Assembly (NCBI RefSeq): GCF_027921745.1
Contig: NC_079240.1
Location: 868,001 to 932,000, forward strand
Reading direction: 5' to 3'
Source of the DNA: Schizosaccharomyces osmophilus
Taxonomy: Eukaryota
Length of the DNA stretch: 64,000 nt
Shown here: positions 1-12,671 of the stretch, one piece after another
Layout of the letters: each line of letters starts with the position of its first letter
How positions within the stretch are numbered: the stretch's first letter is position 1
The notes under the pieces: model-generated
The model's input: the letters and a program-made list of their open reading frames with translations, nothing else
Databases searched by the model: none
What the model was told of the DNA's origin: nothing
Position numbers and translations under genes: made by a program

Positions 1-501
1 ATGATTTTTGGCTTCATAGTTATTGGTTTCCAATTGTTTGTGAACAGGGCCGTAGCAACTATCACAAACAATAGGAAATTTTTCTTCTAGAGATTCTTTA
101 TATTTAGGAAAGGCAGCTTCATAAGCCTTATAATCAGGATGGTTTTGCTCAGGTAGAAAATCCGCAAGCATACGATTCACGAGCAGCTGGTTTCGCAAGC
201 AGTTCTCGCAAAAAGGGCTCTTTATTTGTTTTCTTTCTACGGATCTTGAGAGAAAGTTAGGAGCAGATGTCTCATACGAAGGCGGTGTTGGAGGGCGATA
301 GTCCACTACTTCTCCATTTTCATCAAAGTGGTTTGGAGCTTCACAGAGAGGACAGGTCCACTCCTTCATAGATCCATTTCTCGAACGTTTCACGTATTGG
401 TTACAAGAAAAGCATCGTTTAAATGCCTTGTAGCCCATGCTTATTTGGTTTTTCTGATCTGGCGTCTCTTTACCTACGGTACTTCGTTTACCCCAGACCA
501 T
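1..501 (-). CDS. ima1: Inner nuclear membrane protein Ima1, N-terminal part (runs off window start)
   Basis: Not in the ORF track. My manual minus-strand translation gives MVWGKRS...MGYKAFKRCFSCNQ...WTCPLCEAPNHFDENGEVVDYRPP...FCENCLRNQLLVNRMLADFLP...FPIVCDSC...NYEAKNH, the Cys-rich Ima1 N-terminal signature. The start could be ATG 501 or ATG 438. Confidence 0.9.
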   Translation of the reverse strand, partial: MVWGKRSTVGKETPDQKNQISMGYKAFKRCFSCNQYVKRSRNGSMKEWTCPLCEAPNHFDENGEVVDYRPPTPPSYETSAPNFLSRSVERKQIKSPFCENCLRNQLLVNRMLADFLPEQNHPDYKAYEAAFPKYKESLEEKFPIVCDSCYGPVHKQLETNNYEAKNH

Positions 502-1602
502 ATTCCATCCTTTGGGGAAAAGGAAGAAAAAGATGACTAAAATTCTATTGCTTGAAAAGAATCACAGAGTTTCTGGATGAAGGTAAGAAATGCACTTTCT
601 TCCTACAGAATCAATCCGTGTTGTTCCAAAATCCCAACACTTAAAAGCAACAAAAAATAAAAGAAAAAGGAAGTAAAAAATAAAACTTTTTTTTAAATTA
701 TAATGAAAGATGAGGACAGCTAAAAAACATGGAAATTGCTGCAATGCTGAAAATGGTGGTTATAAATAGCGACTGCAATGGTTGAAACTTCAGAACCGAT
801 GAAGTCTGAGAACTTTTTCAATTGCACATGGAATGGTTAATTTTTATTTCGTTCATTACTTTCATTAGTAATGGTATCAAAAGCAGCACATGAAATGATA
901 CTCTGTTCTTTTTTTCAAACACAATGTAAACAAACCAGTTGATATTTTATTTACTAAACCAAGTTATGAAAGCAGATGCGAATAAAACTAAATAAATAGA
1001 ATGAAGAAATTATATATTTTCTTAAAAGAAGCAATAAAATAGAATCAATTTGAGCAATCTGAATAATTTCAAAACACTGAACTTCTATCGTTAAAATATC
1101 ATGTTAATGTGAAGGGAGTATGATATTTGTTTTGATGCATATTTCATGTGCAATTTGCAAGCAAACATACTTTGTACATTACTAATATTAAGCTGAATTG
1201 GCAGCTTCAAGTCGGCTTGCGCATGAGGAACGCCAAGAAGGTGCGTGGTCAAATTAGTAAGAAAAATGGTTACCAGGTAGCCATCATTCCTTTTTTTTAA
1301 TGACACAGAACACTATTAATCCCTTCTTTGAAGGATATAGAGACTCTTAAACAGTTTATGTTAAGACTACTCTTACGGTTTCAACCATTTTGCTCATTTT
1401 GCGTTGAAATCGTACACAAAGAGAGCTGGTACTTTGAGAGGAAATAAATTCAAAGAAAGTACTTTATTTACCATTTAAGTGCTACTTTACTGTTTATATT
1501 CACACTTTTCTTGATTCTGTATAGGCATAACCCTTACTGTATACTCATATGGGAAGAGAATTGACTACGTACCCAGAGCATGCATGTGTGAAACCAAAAC
1601 CC

Positions 1603-2500
1603 ATGGCTTATTACAACAATCCAGCAAATTTACAGTATTACCAAGGGACTCTTCCCGAAACAAATTCCTATGCTGCACAGGCACGATCTTCTGGGTTTTA
1701 TGATGAGCCTTTAAGTGAACCTCTAAGCCAAGGTTGGCTCGCTGCATTTTCTACCGGTGGATACCCAGGAGAACCCTCATTGCTTGAGGAATTAGACATC
1801 AATTTCGGTCACATAAAACAAAAAGTAAGTGAGATGATGCTTTTCCATCGGACACTCTGAATGCAAGCCAGCCTGAGAAACGATATCCAGATTTGAAATC
1901 CACGTCCATTGTGTTGGCTACAGAGATACCTTCTGTTCTATTTTTTTTTCATTGTAGTTTTTCTGCTAACGCTGTAAATTAGACCACACACGTACTGAAT
2001 CCCTTCAAACATGTAGATGTTCATATAATGGATGACACTGATATGGCTGGCCCGGTGCTATTCTGTTTGTTATTCAGTACCTTTCTCTCCTTACACGGTC
2101 GATCCCATTTTGGATATATTTATGGAATAGCTCTACTCGGTTCACTCAGTTTGCATCTCGTTTTACGCTTAATGTCTGCGAGGAACTTATTTTACACCCG
2201 CACTGTCAGCGTCTTGGGATACTCTTTGCTTCCCTTGGTAGTAGTAGCCTTTTTTAAAAACTTGATATCTTTTAAGTACGTAGAAAATATCTCTTTTTAT
2301 CTTAGGCGGACACGTACTAACTATGTTTAAGCGGAATTCTGGGATATGTCTGTGCTGCTTTTGCATCTATATGGAGCACATATGCTGCCAGTGCTATGTT
2401 TGTTGCCATTCTCCAAGTCAACAATATGCGCTTCCTTGTCGCCTATCCCATTGCTCTATTTTACGCCGTATTTGCTGTCGTTACTGTTTTTTCAAAATAA
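1603..2500 (+). CDS. yip1: Yip1 family Rab-interacting ER-Golgi membrane protein (about 227 aa, 3 exons)
   Basis: Exons 1603-1824, 1983-2275 and 2332-2500. Introns are GTAAGT..CTAAC..TAG and GTACGT..CTAAC..AAG. Motifs EPSLLEELDINFGHI, DDTDMAGP and SVLGYSLLP. Confidence 0.9.
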
Positions 2501-3029
2501 TTGGATTTCTTGACAATCATTTTGCAATTACCTGATGGCACTTTGTTTCGTTGAAGCCTATCGAGTTTCTGCCCTGAAGACGTACGGTTTACCGATCTTT
2601 CATGAAATCTAGTTTGTAATGTGCTATTCGATTCCTTATGTTTCATTTTCTTTTATTGTATTATTTCTACCGTGGTATCCTTCCAAGTATAAATTCATCC
2701 TTGGCACATAATGGCTCAATATAATAAAAACTTACCAAATATGCGACCTTTTTATATATAGCTGTATAAACAAACGTATTTGGCATAAAATTTTATCGAA
2801 GATCAACCCCTTCTTTCACACACAAGATGAAGCAGTATACGTACTAGTCGAGAATGAACAAGACATCATACATATTTATTTGATGAATGCATAGATACAA
2901 TATATATTTCTAAATAAGTATCCGTAGTATCAAAACATAAAAGAAAAATTACATAATCATCTAAAGATCGTAGCTATTCATTGACTTCACAACTCTCAAA
3001 TTCTCGCAATGCTCATCAATCGTTCGAAT

Positions 3030-4007
3030 CTATTCCTTAATCGGCTGTTCACTTGATGGAATTTCATCATCCATTAGAGCATTGTAAACTTGACCAACAT
3101 GGCGAACCAAGTCACTTGACTGTGTTGCCCTTCCAGATTCTTTGAACGATACACGGCTGCACCATCTAGTAGTGGCACAAGCTCCATATGCTGCCAAAAA
3201 CAAGCATTCCTTAGCATCCATGTCGCCTTCAATATCCCACTGTTTACCCAAGTAAGCCTTTCGCCAAGCAAGGAAAGTAACAAGAATACCAGTAAGGATA
3301 TCGCCTTGACCACCACATCGTTTTAATCCTCCGGGAACAGAGCAAGCGTAGATTGTACCCCCATCCGAAATTATATCTTCTTTACCTTTTTGGACAATCA
3401 AAAGATTCAACTTTTTGGCCAGCTTTTGGCAGGCATCAGAGCCTTCGCTTTGAACATTTACTTTGTCACAAAGACGTTTAAACTCCACGACATTAGGCGT
3501 CAATACCACATTATGATATCCGCTCACTAGTTCAGGGCGCTGTTGAACTAAGAAGAGACCATCTGCATCAATTACCATAGGCATTTCCTTTTCCCGAGCA
3601 TACTGAATAACTCTGGCAAGAGTCTCTAGCATCCATTCATCACGGCCCAAGCCTGGACCGATAACGATGGCATGCAATCGTTCCATCATAGGCTTGACAA
3701 GTTCCATGATACCATCAATAGAGTCACCAGGGTTTTTGTTTTCCTTTTCTCGTAAGAAAGGATGTACAATTAGGTCAGGAGAATAGCTTTTTATAACGTT
3801 TGCAGCATTCTTTTCACAGAAGATATGGCTTTGGTCAGTGCCAAAGAGCATAGAACTCATAGAAGAATAGTAAGGAGCTCCAGTATAATGCTGGCAACCG
3901 CCAAAAATACCCACTCGGCCAGCCTGTCCCTTATGCGCTGATCCAGACAATGGTGGTATAATACGCTTGACACGAGTCAAAAGATTTCCCTTCTGAGACG
4001 ATGACAT
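3030..4007 (-). CDS. ATP/ADP-dependent NAD(P)HX dehydratase (YjeF C-terminal/carbohydrate kinase family)
   Basis: Motifs HKGQAGRVGIFGG..YTGAPY, IGPGLGR, VIDADGL, LTPNVVEF and RCGGQGDILTG. Confidence 0.93.
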   Translation of the reverse strand: MSSSQKGNLLTRVKRIIPPLSGSAHKGQAGRVGIFGGCQHYTGAPYYSSMSSMLFGTDQSHIFCEKNAANVIKSYSPDLIVHPFLREKENKNPGDSIDGIMELVKPMMERLHAIVIGPGLGRDEWMLETLARVIQYAREKEMPMVIDADGLFLVQQRPELVSGYHNVVLTPNVVEFKRLCDKVNVQSEGSDACQKLAKKLNLLIVQKGKEDIISDGGTIYACSVPGGLKRCGGQGDILTGILVTFLAWRKAYLGKQWDIEGDMDAKECLFLAAYGACATTRWCSRVSFKESGRATQSSDLVRHVGQVYNALMDDEIPSSEQPIKE

Positions 4008-4655
4008 TGAGAATATGAAGTTTTATAGAAAGATTCACTTAAACTTTTTTGTTGCAAAAAATAAAAGATCAAATCGATACCAAAAGTTTGAGAGTCTGTA
4101 AATTGTTTCTGTGGATGGGTATAAGTAGGACATATACCGAAGCATTTGCGTATATATGATGTGGAACATTTGTATGATGAATGTGTTTCAGCTAAAGAAA
4201 AGAAAGGTAAAGAACGCTGAAAAAAAAATAGGTTCTTTTGATGCTCTTTTTCGTTAATTTCTGAGTTATTTTGTCGGGTTGCCCAGAATTGGTAAGAAAG
4301 CCTGTAAAACAAAACAAGCATTGAAGCGATTAGCCTAGCTAAGGAATAACGATACCAACATATAATTGCAAATTAAGAGTGTAAATAAACATGCATTATA
4401 TAATCGAAAGCATATTTTAGAAACGTTTAAGACATAGTTTTTGCATAGACCCAAAACCTATAAGATTGCTACTGTCTTTTAAGAAACAATAAAAAAAGAT
4501 AATATTTATAGAAAAAAATCCGTTAAAATGAAGGAAAACCACTGTTCCTTCGATGGTTCCACTATTCGTAGGTCATGAGCATTAGTAGTACATGGGGAAC
4601 GGCATTCAGCTGTTCCAGTAGATTCACGTATAAGTCGTCACAAGATATATACCAT

Positions 4656-5564
4656 CTAAATTAAATAGACTCTTGATTTGACCAATCCGCCATTAAAGCT
4701 TCTCATAGAAGTGTGTTTTTTGTTGGGTACTTGTAATCGTCTAAAAGCTTCCAAGACATGAAATATTTGCAAAGGCGTCCTACCCTCAGTTAGACCATCA
4801 AACAAATAACGCTCCTTTGGATGGTTTGGAACATGATAACTCCCATGTCTTGTATTATCTTGCATTTGGTCCATCCTTTGTTTGACTGCCAAAGCCTCTT
4901 CCGTTAAGGTCGCAACGATCTCAAAAGTCAAAAAGCCCAAAATATCAACTATGTCGTTATCTGGACGAGTTTCTGTTAACACAGACATACCACACCATTC
5001 GCGAAAGCGCTTTCCTTTTCGGTACGTAAAACTAGCTTGACGACACTCACTCCAGTGAACATATTCCTCTCTGGTCATTTTTTTCGTCCGTTCATCAGCT
5101 AGTTTTAACCTTTCTCTTGTCGCATATGCCATCTCCATCATGTCATCATCGTCCTCAAACTCTTCAGTTTCTGGTACTGGCTCTGAAAACATATTTTTCA
5201 CCTCCCATGGCATGGCCACGGGAGCAGTCAATGTTTTCGTCTTGGATTCTACCTCTTCAAAAAGTTCTTTTGTATCGGCGGCATTAGCATCTTGTTCTTT
5301 GGCCTTTTTTCGGACTTCTTTCCATGATAAATATGTCTTGAGCCGGTTGACTTTTGCTCGATCGTGCCGAATTAAAAAAAATAAATCCTCAACGTTAATG
5401 GATTTTGCGCCCTTTCGTATAGATAGTTCATTTGCTTGGATCAACATTTCCATGACTTGTCCTCGAATTAATTCTTCCACTAATTGAATAGTTTCTGGGA
5501 GAGGATCCTGTACCTCTCCCAAAATAAACATCATTTGCTGAATTTCAACTCTGTATTTACTCAT
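4656..5564 (-). CDS. spt3: SAGA complex subunit Spt3
   Basis: Motifs YRVEIQQMMF, EDLFFLIRHDRAKVNRL, ADERTKKMTREEYVHWSECRQASFTYRKGKRFREW and DILGFLTFE. Confidence 0.96.
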   Translation of the reverse strand: MSKYRVEIQQMMFILGEVQDPLPETIQLVEELIRGQVMEMLIQANELSIRKGAKSINVEDLFFLIRHDRAKVNRLKTYLSWKEVRKKAKEQDANAADTKELFEEVESKTKTLTAPVAMPWEVKNMFSEPVPETEEFEDDDDMMEMAYATRERLKLADERTKKMTREEYVHWSECRQASFTYRKGKRFREWCGMSVLTETRPDNDIVDILGFLTFEIVATLTEEALAVKQRMDQMQDNTRHGSYHVPNHPKERYLFDGLTEGRTPLQIFHVLEAFRRLQVPNKKHTSMRSFNGGLVKSRVYLI

Positions 5565-6174
5565 TATTTCTATGTTTCAAATTCCAATCCTATTTCCCAT
5601 GGTCCCCCTTCTTAGTGTAGTTGGGTACCAAGTGCATATGTAACGAATTGAGCTGTAGGGTATAAAACAACTTCAGAGGTTTTTCAATACCCAGTATCTA
5701 TTTTTGTTTATAGAATTTTTATACAAGTTAGTAACCAATCTAGGATTTTTTTCGTTTATTTTCTTTGCTAAAGCACTTAGGCAAGTTTTTAGATATAAGG
5801 AAGTAGCTCGTTTATGACCTTCATGTCAGCATTTGTGATACATCAGTCCTTTGAGACCTGGAGAAAATTTAGGATAGCATGAAACTAAAGTAGAAAAGGA
5901 ATTGAGTAAAGACCCGTTTATGATATTGTCATAGATCATCTACAGCAAAATCCACGGTAAGCAGCACAAAACATAAAAATGAATATAACTTTTTCTAATT
6001 TATAGTACTCTTTTAATAGAATTTAATGTACACCAGCAAACTCTTTTTGATTTATTATCGCATTGTTTACATATTCTCATACTCGTTTATAAGGTACTTT
6101 AAACCTAAGAGAATTATGATCTGATAACACTCACAACTCGACTGACCGAAATCTATCCTTTACCGATTTCGTGA

Positions 6175-8024
6175 ATGAATCAGAATTATGGAACTATGGA
6201 GACAAATGAACCTTCTACCAATGGTTTTTACAATAAGAACACGATAGAAAGCCATTTGACCGATCAAGAAAGACAACTGGCGGTTTCACCAAGAACTCAG
6301 GTTGATCGACGGTCAGACATGTCCTTGGAAGGAGTCTCAAAAGTACAAGCCATTGCCTCTACTTGGTCAAGAAAATCAGTTATTATTGCATATTTAGGGT
6401 AAGCTCACTTCCTGCAATGGGATTTTATTTTATCTGATTGTACTGAACAATGTGCTAATGTTGCTTCAGCCTTTATTTATTAGCATTTGCTTCTTCACTA
6501 GAGCAACAAACAACTGTTTCTCTACAAAGATATGCCACTAGCAATTTTTCTGCTCATTCTAATTTGGCTACTATCAATCTCGTTAGCAATATACTCTTGG
6601 CCGTGGTTCGTGCTCCTATGGTCAAAGCAGGTGATGTATTTGGTCGTACAGAAAGCATAACTCTAGCTTTATGCATGGCTGTTTTTGGCTATATCCTCTT
6701 AGCCTGTTCACGAAACATTGGAACGTTTACCCTTGCTTACATCATCTATATTTGTGGTCAAACCGGCATTGGGATACTCTCTCAGCTCATTATTGCTGAT
6801 ACATCTTCTCTGTTAAACAGGGGAATTTTATCCGCTATTCCTGAACAGCCCTACCTTCTTACTGTCTGGATGGGACCAGGCCTTGCCCAAGCATTTCATC
6901 CTGAGAGAGCCATGGGTTGGAGAATTGGATACGGCATATGGGCCATTATACTTCCTATAGTATCTCTCCCTCTCTTACTTTCACTATATTCTAATCAACA
7001 AAAAGCTAAAGCAGCCGGCCTATACAGAGAACACCATCAATTTTTTAATAAGTCTACTTTTTATAACTTTTGGCAAGAATTAGATGGAGTCGGAATTTTA
7101 TTATTCATTTCTGGATTCGGGTTGTTCCTTCTTCCTTTTTCCCACTCTAGCACAGTTGTATCTCCCGATTCTAATTTACTAACCTGCTTCACCATGGGAT
7201 TGGGTCTACTTCTACTTATTGCTCTCTGTGTTTATGATACCAAGTACGCTGTTTACCCGATTTTTGCTTTGCGTTCTTTGAAAGATCGCACTGTATTGGG
7301 TGCGTGTTTCCTGATTTTCTTGTACTTTATGACCTATTCCATTTTTTCAAACTTTTTCACCTCGTACTTACAGGTAACGCATGACCTTTCCATAGACGTT
7401 AGTGGTTTAATTGTCAATGTGTTTATATTTTCCATGACCACTTCCGCTATTTGCTCTGGCTTCCTTATGAAAAAGTTTGCACGTTTTAAAATACTACTGA
7501 AGTTTTCTATTCCTTTGTACCTTCTCGGACTTATCGGTTACATTCTTTTTGGATTTGATAATGAAAATATAAATATTCGAAGGATTGTTTTTATGCTCTT
7601 TGTCGCTGGCGTTGGAGGCGGATTACTTACTCTTAGTGCTCAGGTGGCAGTTCAATCCGTGTCTTCGCATACGAAGGTAGGCCAGAATTTAACACTGTAT
7701 CTGACCTTTTCTTCTGTTGGAGGTGCCTTTGGGTCTGCTATAGCAGGTGGTGTTTGGAGCAAGGAGCTTCCTTATAGGTTACTTACAAGCCTAGAAGGAT
7801 TACTACCAGTTCCTGAAATTGAGTCTATTTTCCGAGATTTACGAACAGCTCTGTCTTACCCTCAGGGCTCCCACATAAGAAACTTAATTAATGAATCGTA
7901 TTCTTCTACTCAGAAGGACTTGTTTCGAGTCTCCCTAATTTTTTCAATTTTAATGATTATTGGTCTTTATATAATTAGAGATGTTTCTTTATCCCCCGAA
8001 TCTCAAGACGAACCGGCTGATTAA
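6175..8024 (+). CDS. str2: Siderophore-iron MFS transporter (about 592 aa, 2 exons)
   Basis: Exons 6175-6398 and 6470-8024 (intron GTAAGC..CTAAT..CAG) join in frame. Multi-TM protein with motifs IIADTSSLLNRG and GWRIGYGIWAII. A Fep1-type TGATAA lies at 6122-6127. The str2 assignment rests on recalled synteny. Confidence 0.85.
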
Positions 8025-8226
8025 AAATCACAATTCCACTAATTATAGATAGACTGAATGTTCGTATTCCTCTTGTTATGAATTTTTTATTGTTTGATAC
8101 CTCTAACCTAAAATACCCTCGATACTCAAGTGTTCATTCGTTTGGCTAGTTTATCAATACCTTATTTGTTTGAAGTTTCATGAATATTTGACTAAACAAC
8201 CTTTTACCTAATTAATATACATTCAA

Positions 8227-9728
8227 CTATTGTACCCTTTTCTTAGTCTGCTTTTGTGATGTAGATGATTCTCCTTCTAAATTTCTTTTTTCACTGGTAC
8301 CAGTGGTAGCATACAAACGCTGTATAGCTTTAGAAACCATTGACCGTTTTGCCTTCCATACATCGCTATCCTCGTATGGGTGATCAAAATTTTGCAAATT
8401 ATCCGGAGGATGAAACCAGTAGTTGAATGCTACGTGAATATTGCTTTCTCCTTCCGGACTTGAAGATGTAACTTCGTGGAACCAACTCGCAGGCAAATAA
8501 AACATATCACCGGGTTCCAAGTCTACAACTAAAGGATGTGTCTTTGATAGAGAGGTTCTTTCGTCTTCAGACACTGTAACGTCCTTAGCATCTTCAAAGT
8601 CCAAGTACTTGTGTAATCCAGGTACCGTAATTTTTGTGAAATGATCGGGTAGAGAGGGATTTTCATTATTCGGCTGAGAAACTTCCTCTTCGTTATCCAA
8701 TTGATCTTCGACATTTGCGGAAGATAAGCCATCCTCCTTCTCAGTTGGAGATTCATTGAGTAAGCTATCAGCATCACCTTCTTGCAATTCGTCCCAATCA
8801 TCTGTTTCTCCGCCAAGCTGCATCTGAAGGACATTGTCCATTTCTGCTTCATATTCTGCCTCTAGCTTTAGAATGGTGTCCTCCGAAGCCTGGACCTCTT
8901 TTGAATCAGCTAATTTCTTTTCCAGAAACTGAGTGTGCGCTATAGCAGCATCTAGTTCTGTCAAGCCATCACTACGTTGAGAACGATCTTCACCTTCGTA
9001 GGAAATAAGTCCATTCGGGTGAATTTTGGATATTTTGCCAGCCAACTGAAGATGAACCGCACTATCAGGCGAAAGAATCACAAATCGTTTGTGGCCTTTT
9101 ACAACAGTATAAATGTTGTCATGATAATCATGGTGAAGACCAGAAGAAGTGCCGTCCTCGCTTCTACCAATCCAGATATTACATTGCTGAGGAACGAGAT
9201 TTCCCATCAACGCAGGAGTCAAAGAGAAATCGGATAATAGATTGTTCGTTGGCGCTGGGCACAACGACTTAACAAGTAAAGAAACTTCATCATCACCATC
9301 CAAAACATCATCTGACTCGTCGTATTGGGTTGTCAAATACAGACGTTCACCTGCTTTTAGTCGCTCTAAAAACTCTGCAATGGTCATCTCATTACGACTC
9401 ATTCCCTGACCAAAAGTCCCAGTAGAAGGATCTATAGGTTCGATCTTGCACACACTTTGCCCAACCTTTTCAAGAAAATAATCTTCTTGTTTCCAAAGAT
9501 AGCCCTTCCAGTCTGTCTCTGGAAGAGGCGATTTTATGACCACAGGAAGTCGCTTAGAGACATAATCTTTATAAAATTGCTCGGGTGAAATGTGATTTAC
9601 GCTGTCCAAAACAGGAACTTTATCTTCTTTCTTAGGGGAGAAACCTAGGAGAAAGCAAAATTAGCAAACTACATTTTTATTAACCAAATCTTATACATAC
9701 CGCTATAAGAAGAAACGGAAGTGGACAT
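8227..9728 (-). CDS. jmj4: JmjC/cupin-domain protein Jmj4 (about 481 aa, 2 exons)
   Basis: Exons 9728-9701 and 9644-8227 (GTATGT..CTAAT..TAG). Intact HxD (GLHHDYHDN) and distal His (LPASWFHEV). Confidence 0.88.
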
Positions 9729-10232
9729 ATTTTATAATAATAAAAATTCAATCACATAAAAACCTACGTTCTCAGTGAAAATTCACGGGAAGTCAGTTCA
9801 AGCACAACTGAAAGGAGATTCTACAAACGTTATGAGTGAGACTTGTTTACAAGCATTGAAATGGCACCACCGTCGGTAAGATACGACCTTCAGTTGATAT
9901 TTGGTTTTTACACTATCCTCATCTATACACATTCGTTTAGATTTGTTTTTATTTCCTGTTTCCACACAAAACGACAAATCCAGTTTACTTTTACTACATT
10001 ACTTGACTTTGTTTATGACGATACATTGTATTGCAAGCTTTCAATATTACAGAAATCCAATAAACCAATTTACGTTAGAGTACTCTTTGAGTATGAAACC
10101 ATCCTTGTTCTAACCATCCATAAAAACTTGGCTACATAGCTACAAAAGCACCAGAACTAAACAGACTGATAAATAAGGTCCTGCAAGTGCCAAAAACAAT
10201 GATCGATTTACCTATTGCCAAAGTTTACGGAT

Positions 10233-10820
10233 TTAAAACTTCATCAAGTGAGGGCGGTCACCGTTAGACAATGCAAAGGAAGCAGCAAGGTATTCCTTCA
10301 TGTTGGGAACAGCCTTGATGGCAGGGAGAAGCTTGGCATCAACAGCCTTTTGGTCAGCGACACGTTCGGCGGGGAGAGCCTTCTTGGGAGCGTTTTCAGC
10401 AAAGAAAGCTTCATCCTTCTTAAGGGGACCGCTACGCTTGGGCTTAGCAAAGTAAGCTTGGTTGAACTTTTCAACGGGAATGCCAGAGACATCAAGCTTA
10501 GGGGCAGAAGTGGCGATCACATAACGGTGGTTGACACGACGAAGGGGAACACCGTTGACCTTGAAGGGACCAGTAACAACAAGAGTGTCTTCCAATTGGC
10601 TAAGGACGACAACACGCTTACCACGGAAGCGACCAGCCAACATAATGCAAACAGTTCCGGGTTGTAAAGAAGCACGGAGCTTGGTAGGGCGAACAGCCTT
10701 ACGGGTCTTCTTAGGGACATTTTCGCGTAAAACAGGGTAGTATTTAGCGGCGGCTTCACCAGCAGGCAAAACCTGACGTTCTCCGCCATTCTTGGCTCCG
10801 TTAACCTTGACTGTAGACAT
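10233..10820 (-). CDS. rpl6: 60S ribosomal protein L6 (eL6), 195 aa
   Basis: True ATG at 10820 (MSTVKVNG). Motifs [26 protein letters not shown] and PHLMKF; strong codon bias. Confidence 0.97.
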   Translation of the reverse strand: MSTVKVNGAKNGGERQVLPAGEAAAKYYPVLRENVPKKTRKAVRPTKLRASLQPGTVCIMLAGRFRGKRVVVLSQLEDTLVVTGPFKVNGVPLRRVNHRYVIATSAPKLDVSGIPVEKFNQAYFAKPKRSGPLKKDEAFFAENAPKKALPAERVADQKAVDAKLLPAIKAVPNMKEYLAASFALSNGDRPHLMKF

Positions 10821-10897
10821 CTCTCTTATGTTAAAGTTTTTGGGTGGTGTAGAGATTTTTCCTTGGTAAAATGGGAAATCTAGTGAAACCAAACGAA

Positions 10898-10925
10898 CAG
10901 TCACATACGTTCTGTAGGTTAGGGC
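10898..10925. promoter_or_regulatory. Homol-D box (CAGTCACA, 10898-10905) with adjacent Homol-E-like AGGTTAGGGC (10916-10925)
   Basis: Exact Homol-D octamer about 80 bp upstream of the rpl6 ATG, the typical fission yeast ribosomal protein promoter arrangement. Confidence 0.85.
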
Positions 10926-11242
10926 TATTTTCAAATAACCCTATATTGTCGGTTAAGATATAAGGAGGTAGGACGACGAATGTGTAAAAAAAAGTAACTC
11001 TGAAAATAACCGAAGTCTAACGATGAACAAGGTCTACTTCTAGTAAACAAACAATTATGCGCGTAAGGTGGAACAAAATAAACGTCGAAACAAAAGAGAA
11101 TATTAGGATATTGAGTTTATATATAAATTTAATTTAAATGAAAGAGTTTCTTAATCTTTAGCAGTCGTCAATTGCGAGTTATATTAGTGAGTCACCCGAC
11201 TGCCAAAATCGCACAACGTCAGCACATTCAAATCGTAGTGAG

Positions 11243-12671
11243 TTACGCTTCGGAGGCTTCTACGGTCTTTCGTGTTCGCTTCACTGTCTTTATAGTTGTC
11301 TGATTGGTAGTCAGCTCATCCTTTCGTTTTTTTCCGCCCCGTTTTGCTTCCTTCTGCTCAAACTTGCTCATTTGGTCTTTCCGTGATGACTCGCCCATGC
11401 CAGCTAGTCGTTTACTCTCCTCAAGAACGTAAGAGTCATCAGCGGATTTTCCTACCAGTGCGCGAAGGGTTACAAGCTCGTTTGCCCATGTTTCTGGTGT
11501 CTTAGCAGGTGTTTCAAGGACCATGGGGATTCCGTCCCACCTGGAATCATTCATAATTAATCGGAATGGCTCCAATCCCAAAAATCCCAAACCAATGTTC
11601 TCATGCAAATCACGGTTACTTCCTAATGGAGCTTTTGAGTCATTCAAGTGCCATCCACCGATATACTGTACACCAACCGTTTTGTCAAAGTCTTCTATGA
11701 CTTTTTCATAACTTTCTTTTGTGCGTAAATCATAACCAGCAGCAAAGGAGTGACAGGTATCCAAGCAAACTTTCCAGCGATCCAAATTCTTGATCTTTGT
11801 TTTCAATGCTGCAAAGTCACTGAAAGTTCCCCCAAGACAATTTCCCTGACCAGCCATGTTTTCAGTAACAATGACCACATCTTTTGTAGCTTCATGAGCA
11901 CGATTAATGCAATCTGCTAAATTGTTGATGCCTTCTTCTTTTGTACAAGTGGCAGTACTTCCTGGACTAACATGATTGCGTTAGAAACGAATCCCAAAGC
12001 AAAGGAACAGCACAGCCTTTTTTCTGTTTTCTATGTTTACTTACTGAAAATTGTAATTCCCTACACCCAAACGCTCACATCGCTTTAAATCATCAAGAAA
12101 ACAATCATAAGCCTGTTCGCGTTTTTGTTTGTCTGCGTTTGCCATATTTATAAGGTAACTACCATGAACAAGGGCATGCTTTTTGGTATCGAATTTGTAC
12201 TCCTTGGCCAGTTCTCGAAACTTTTCTGCGATTTCCTCTGGCATATCTGCAGATGTCCATTTCCTTTGAGATTTGACAAAGAATGCGCAGCTTGCAGCAC
12301 TAATTTTGTTAGTAAAATATTAGCCCTATTGTCTATTCAAAAATCTTTTAACAATATTGAACGCCAAGGAGATCATAATTCATAAAAACTGATATTATTG
12401 TTCATTCAAGTGTAAACAAATCAGTTCTTGGTGTACCAACTCATGATGGCATTGTACGCACCACAACAGCATTGTACTTTACATACTTTATGTTTTTCAT
12501 ATTAATTAAGGAATTAAATACGCCACCAGCAGCAGATATGTGAGCACCAATATACTTTCCCATCATCTTTTCGTTTGATGTAGTAGCTTCTTCAGTAAGG
12601 ACAGGCTTTTCCTCTTTGACTTCCACTTCAGCTACTGTTTTTGTTTCACAAACTTTTTGGACTTCTGACAT
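11243..12671 (-). CDS. apn1: AP endonuclease Apn1 (endonuclease IV family), about 387 aa, 3 exons
   Basis: Exons 12671-12487, 12299-12045 and 11966-11243 join without stops. Motifs IGAHISAAGG, VHGSYLIN, YNFHPGS, ENMAGQG, CLDTCH, HLNDSK, DLHENIG and LETP. Confidence 0.93.

Noticed and set aside
3977..4321. 114-aa ORF overlapping the start of the NAD(P)HX dehydratase, as a possible targeting extension
   Set aside because: It is in a different frame, and the dehydratase frame has a stop a few codons upstream of its ATG.
10821..10934. N-terminal extensions from the ORF track for rpl6 (also gdh1, htb1, epe1, rsc7 and emc4)
   Set aside because: They begin at TTG/GTG codons, which are not normal eukaryotic starts. 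The rpl6 extension runs through its own Homol-D promoter.
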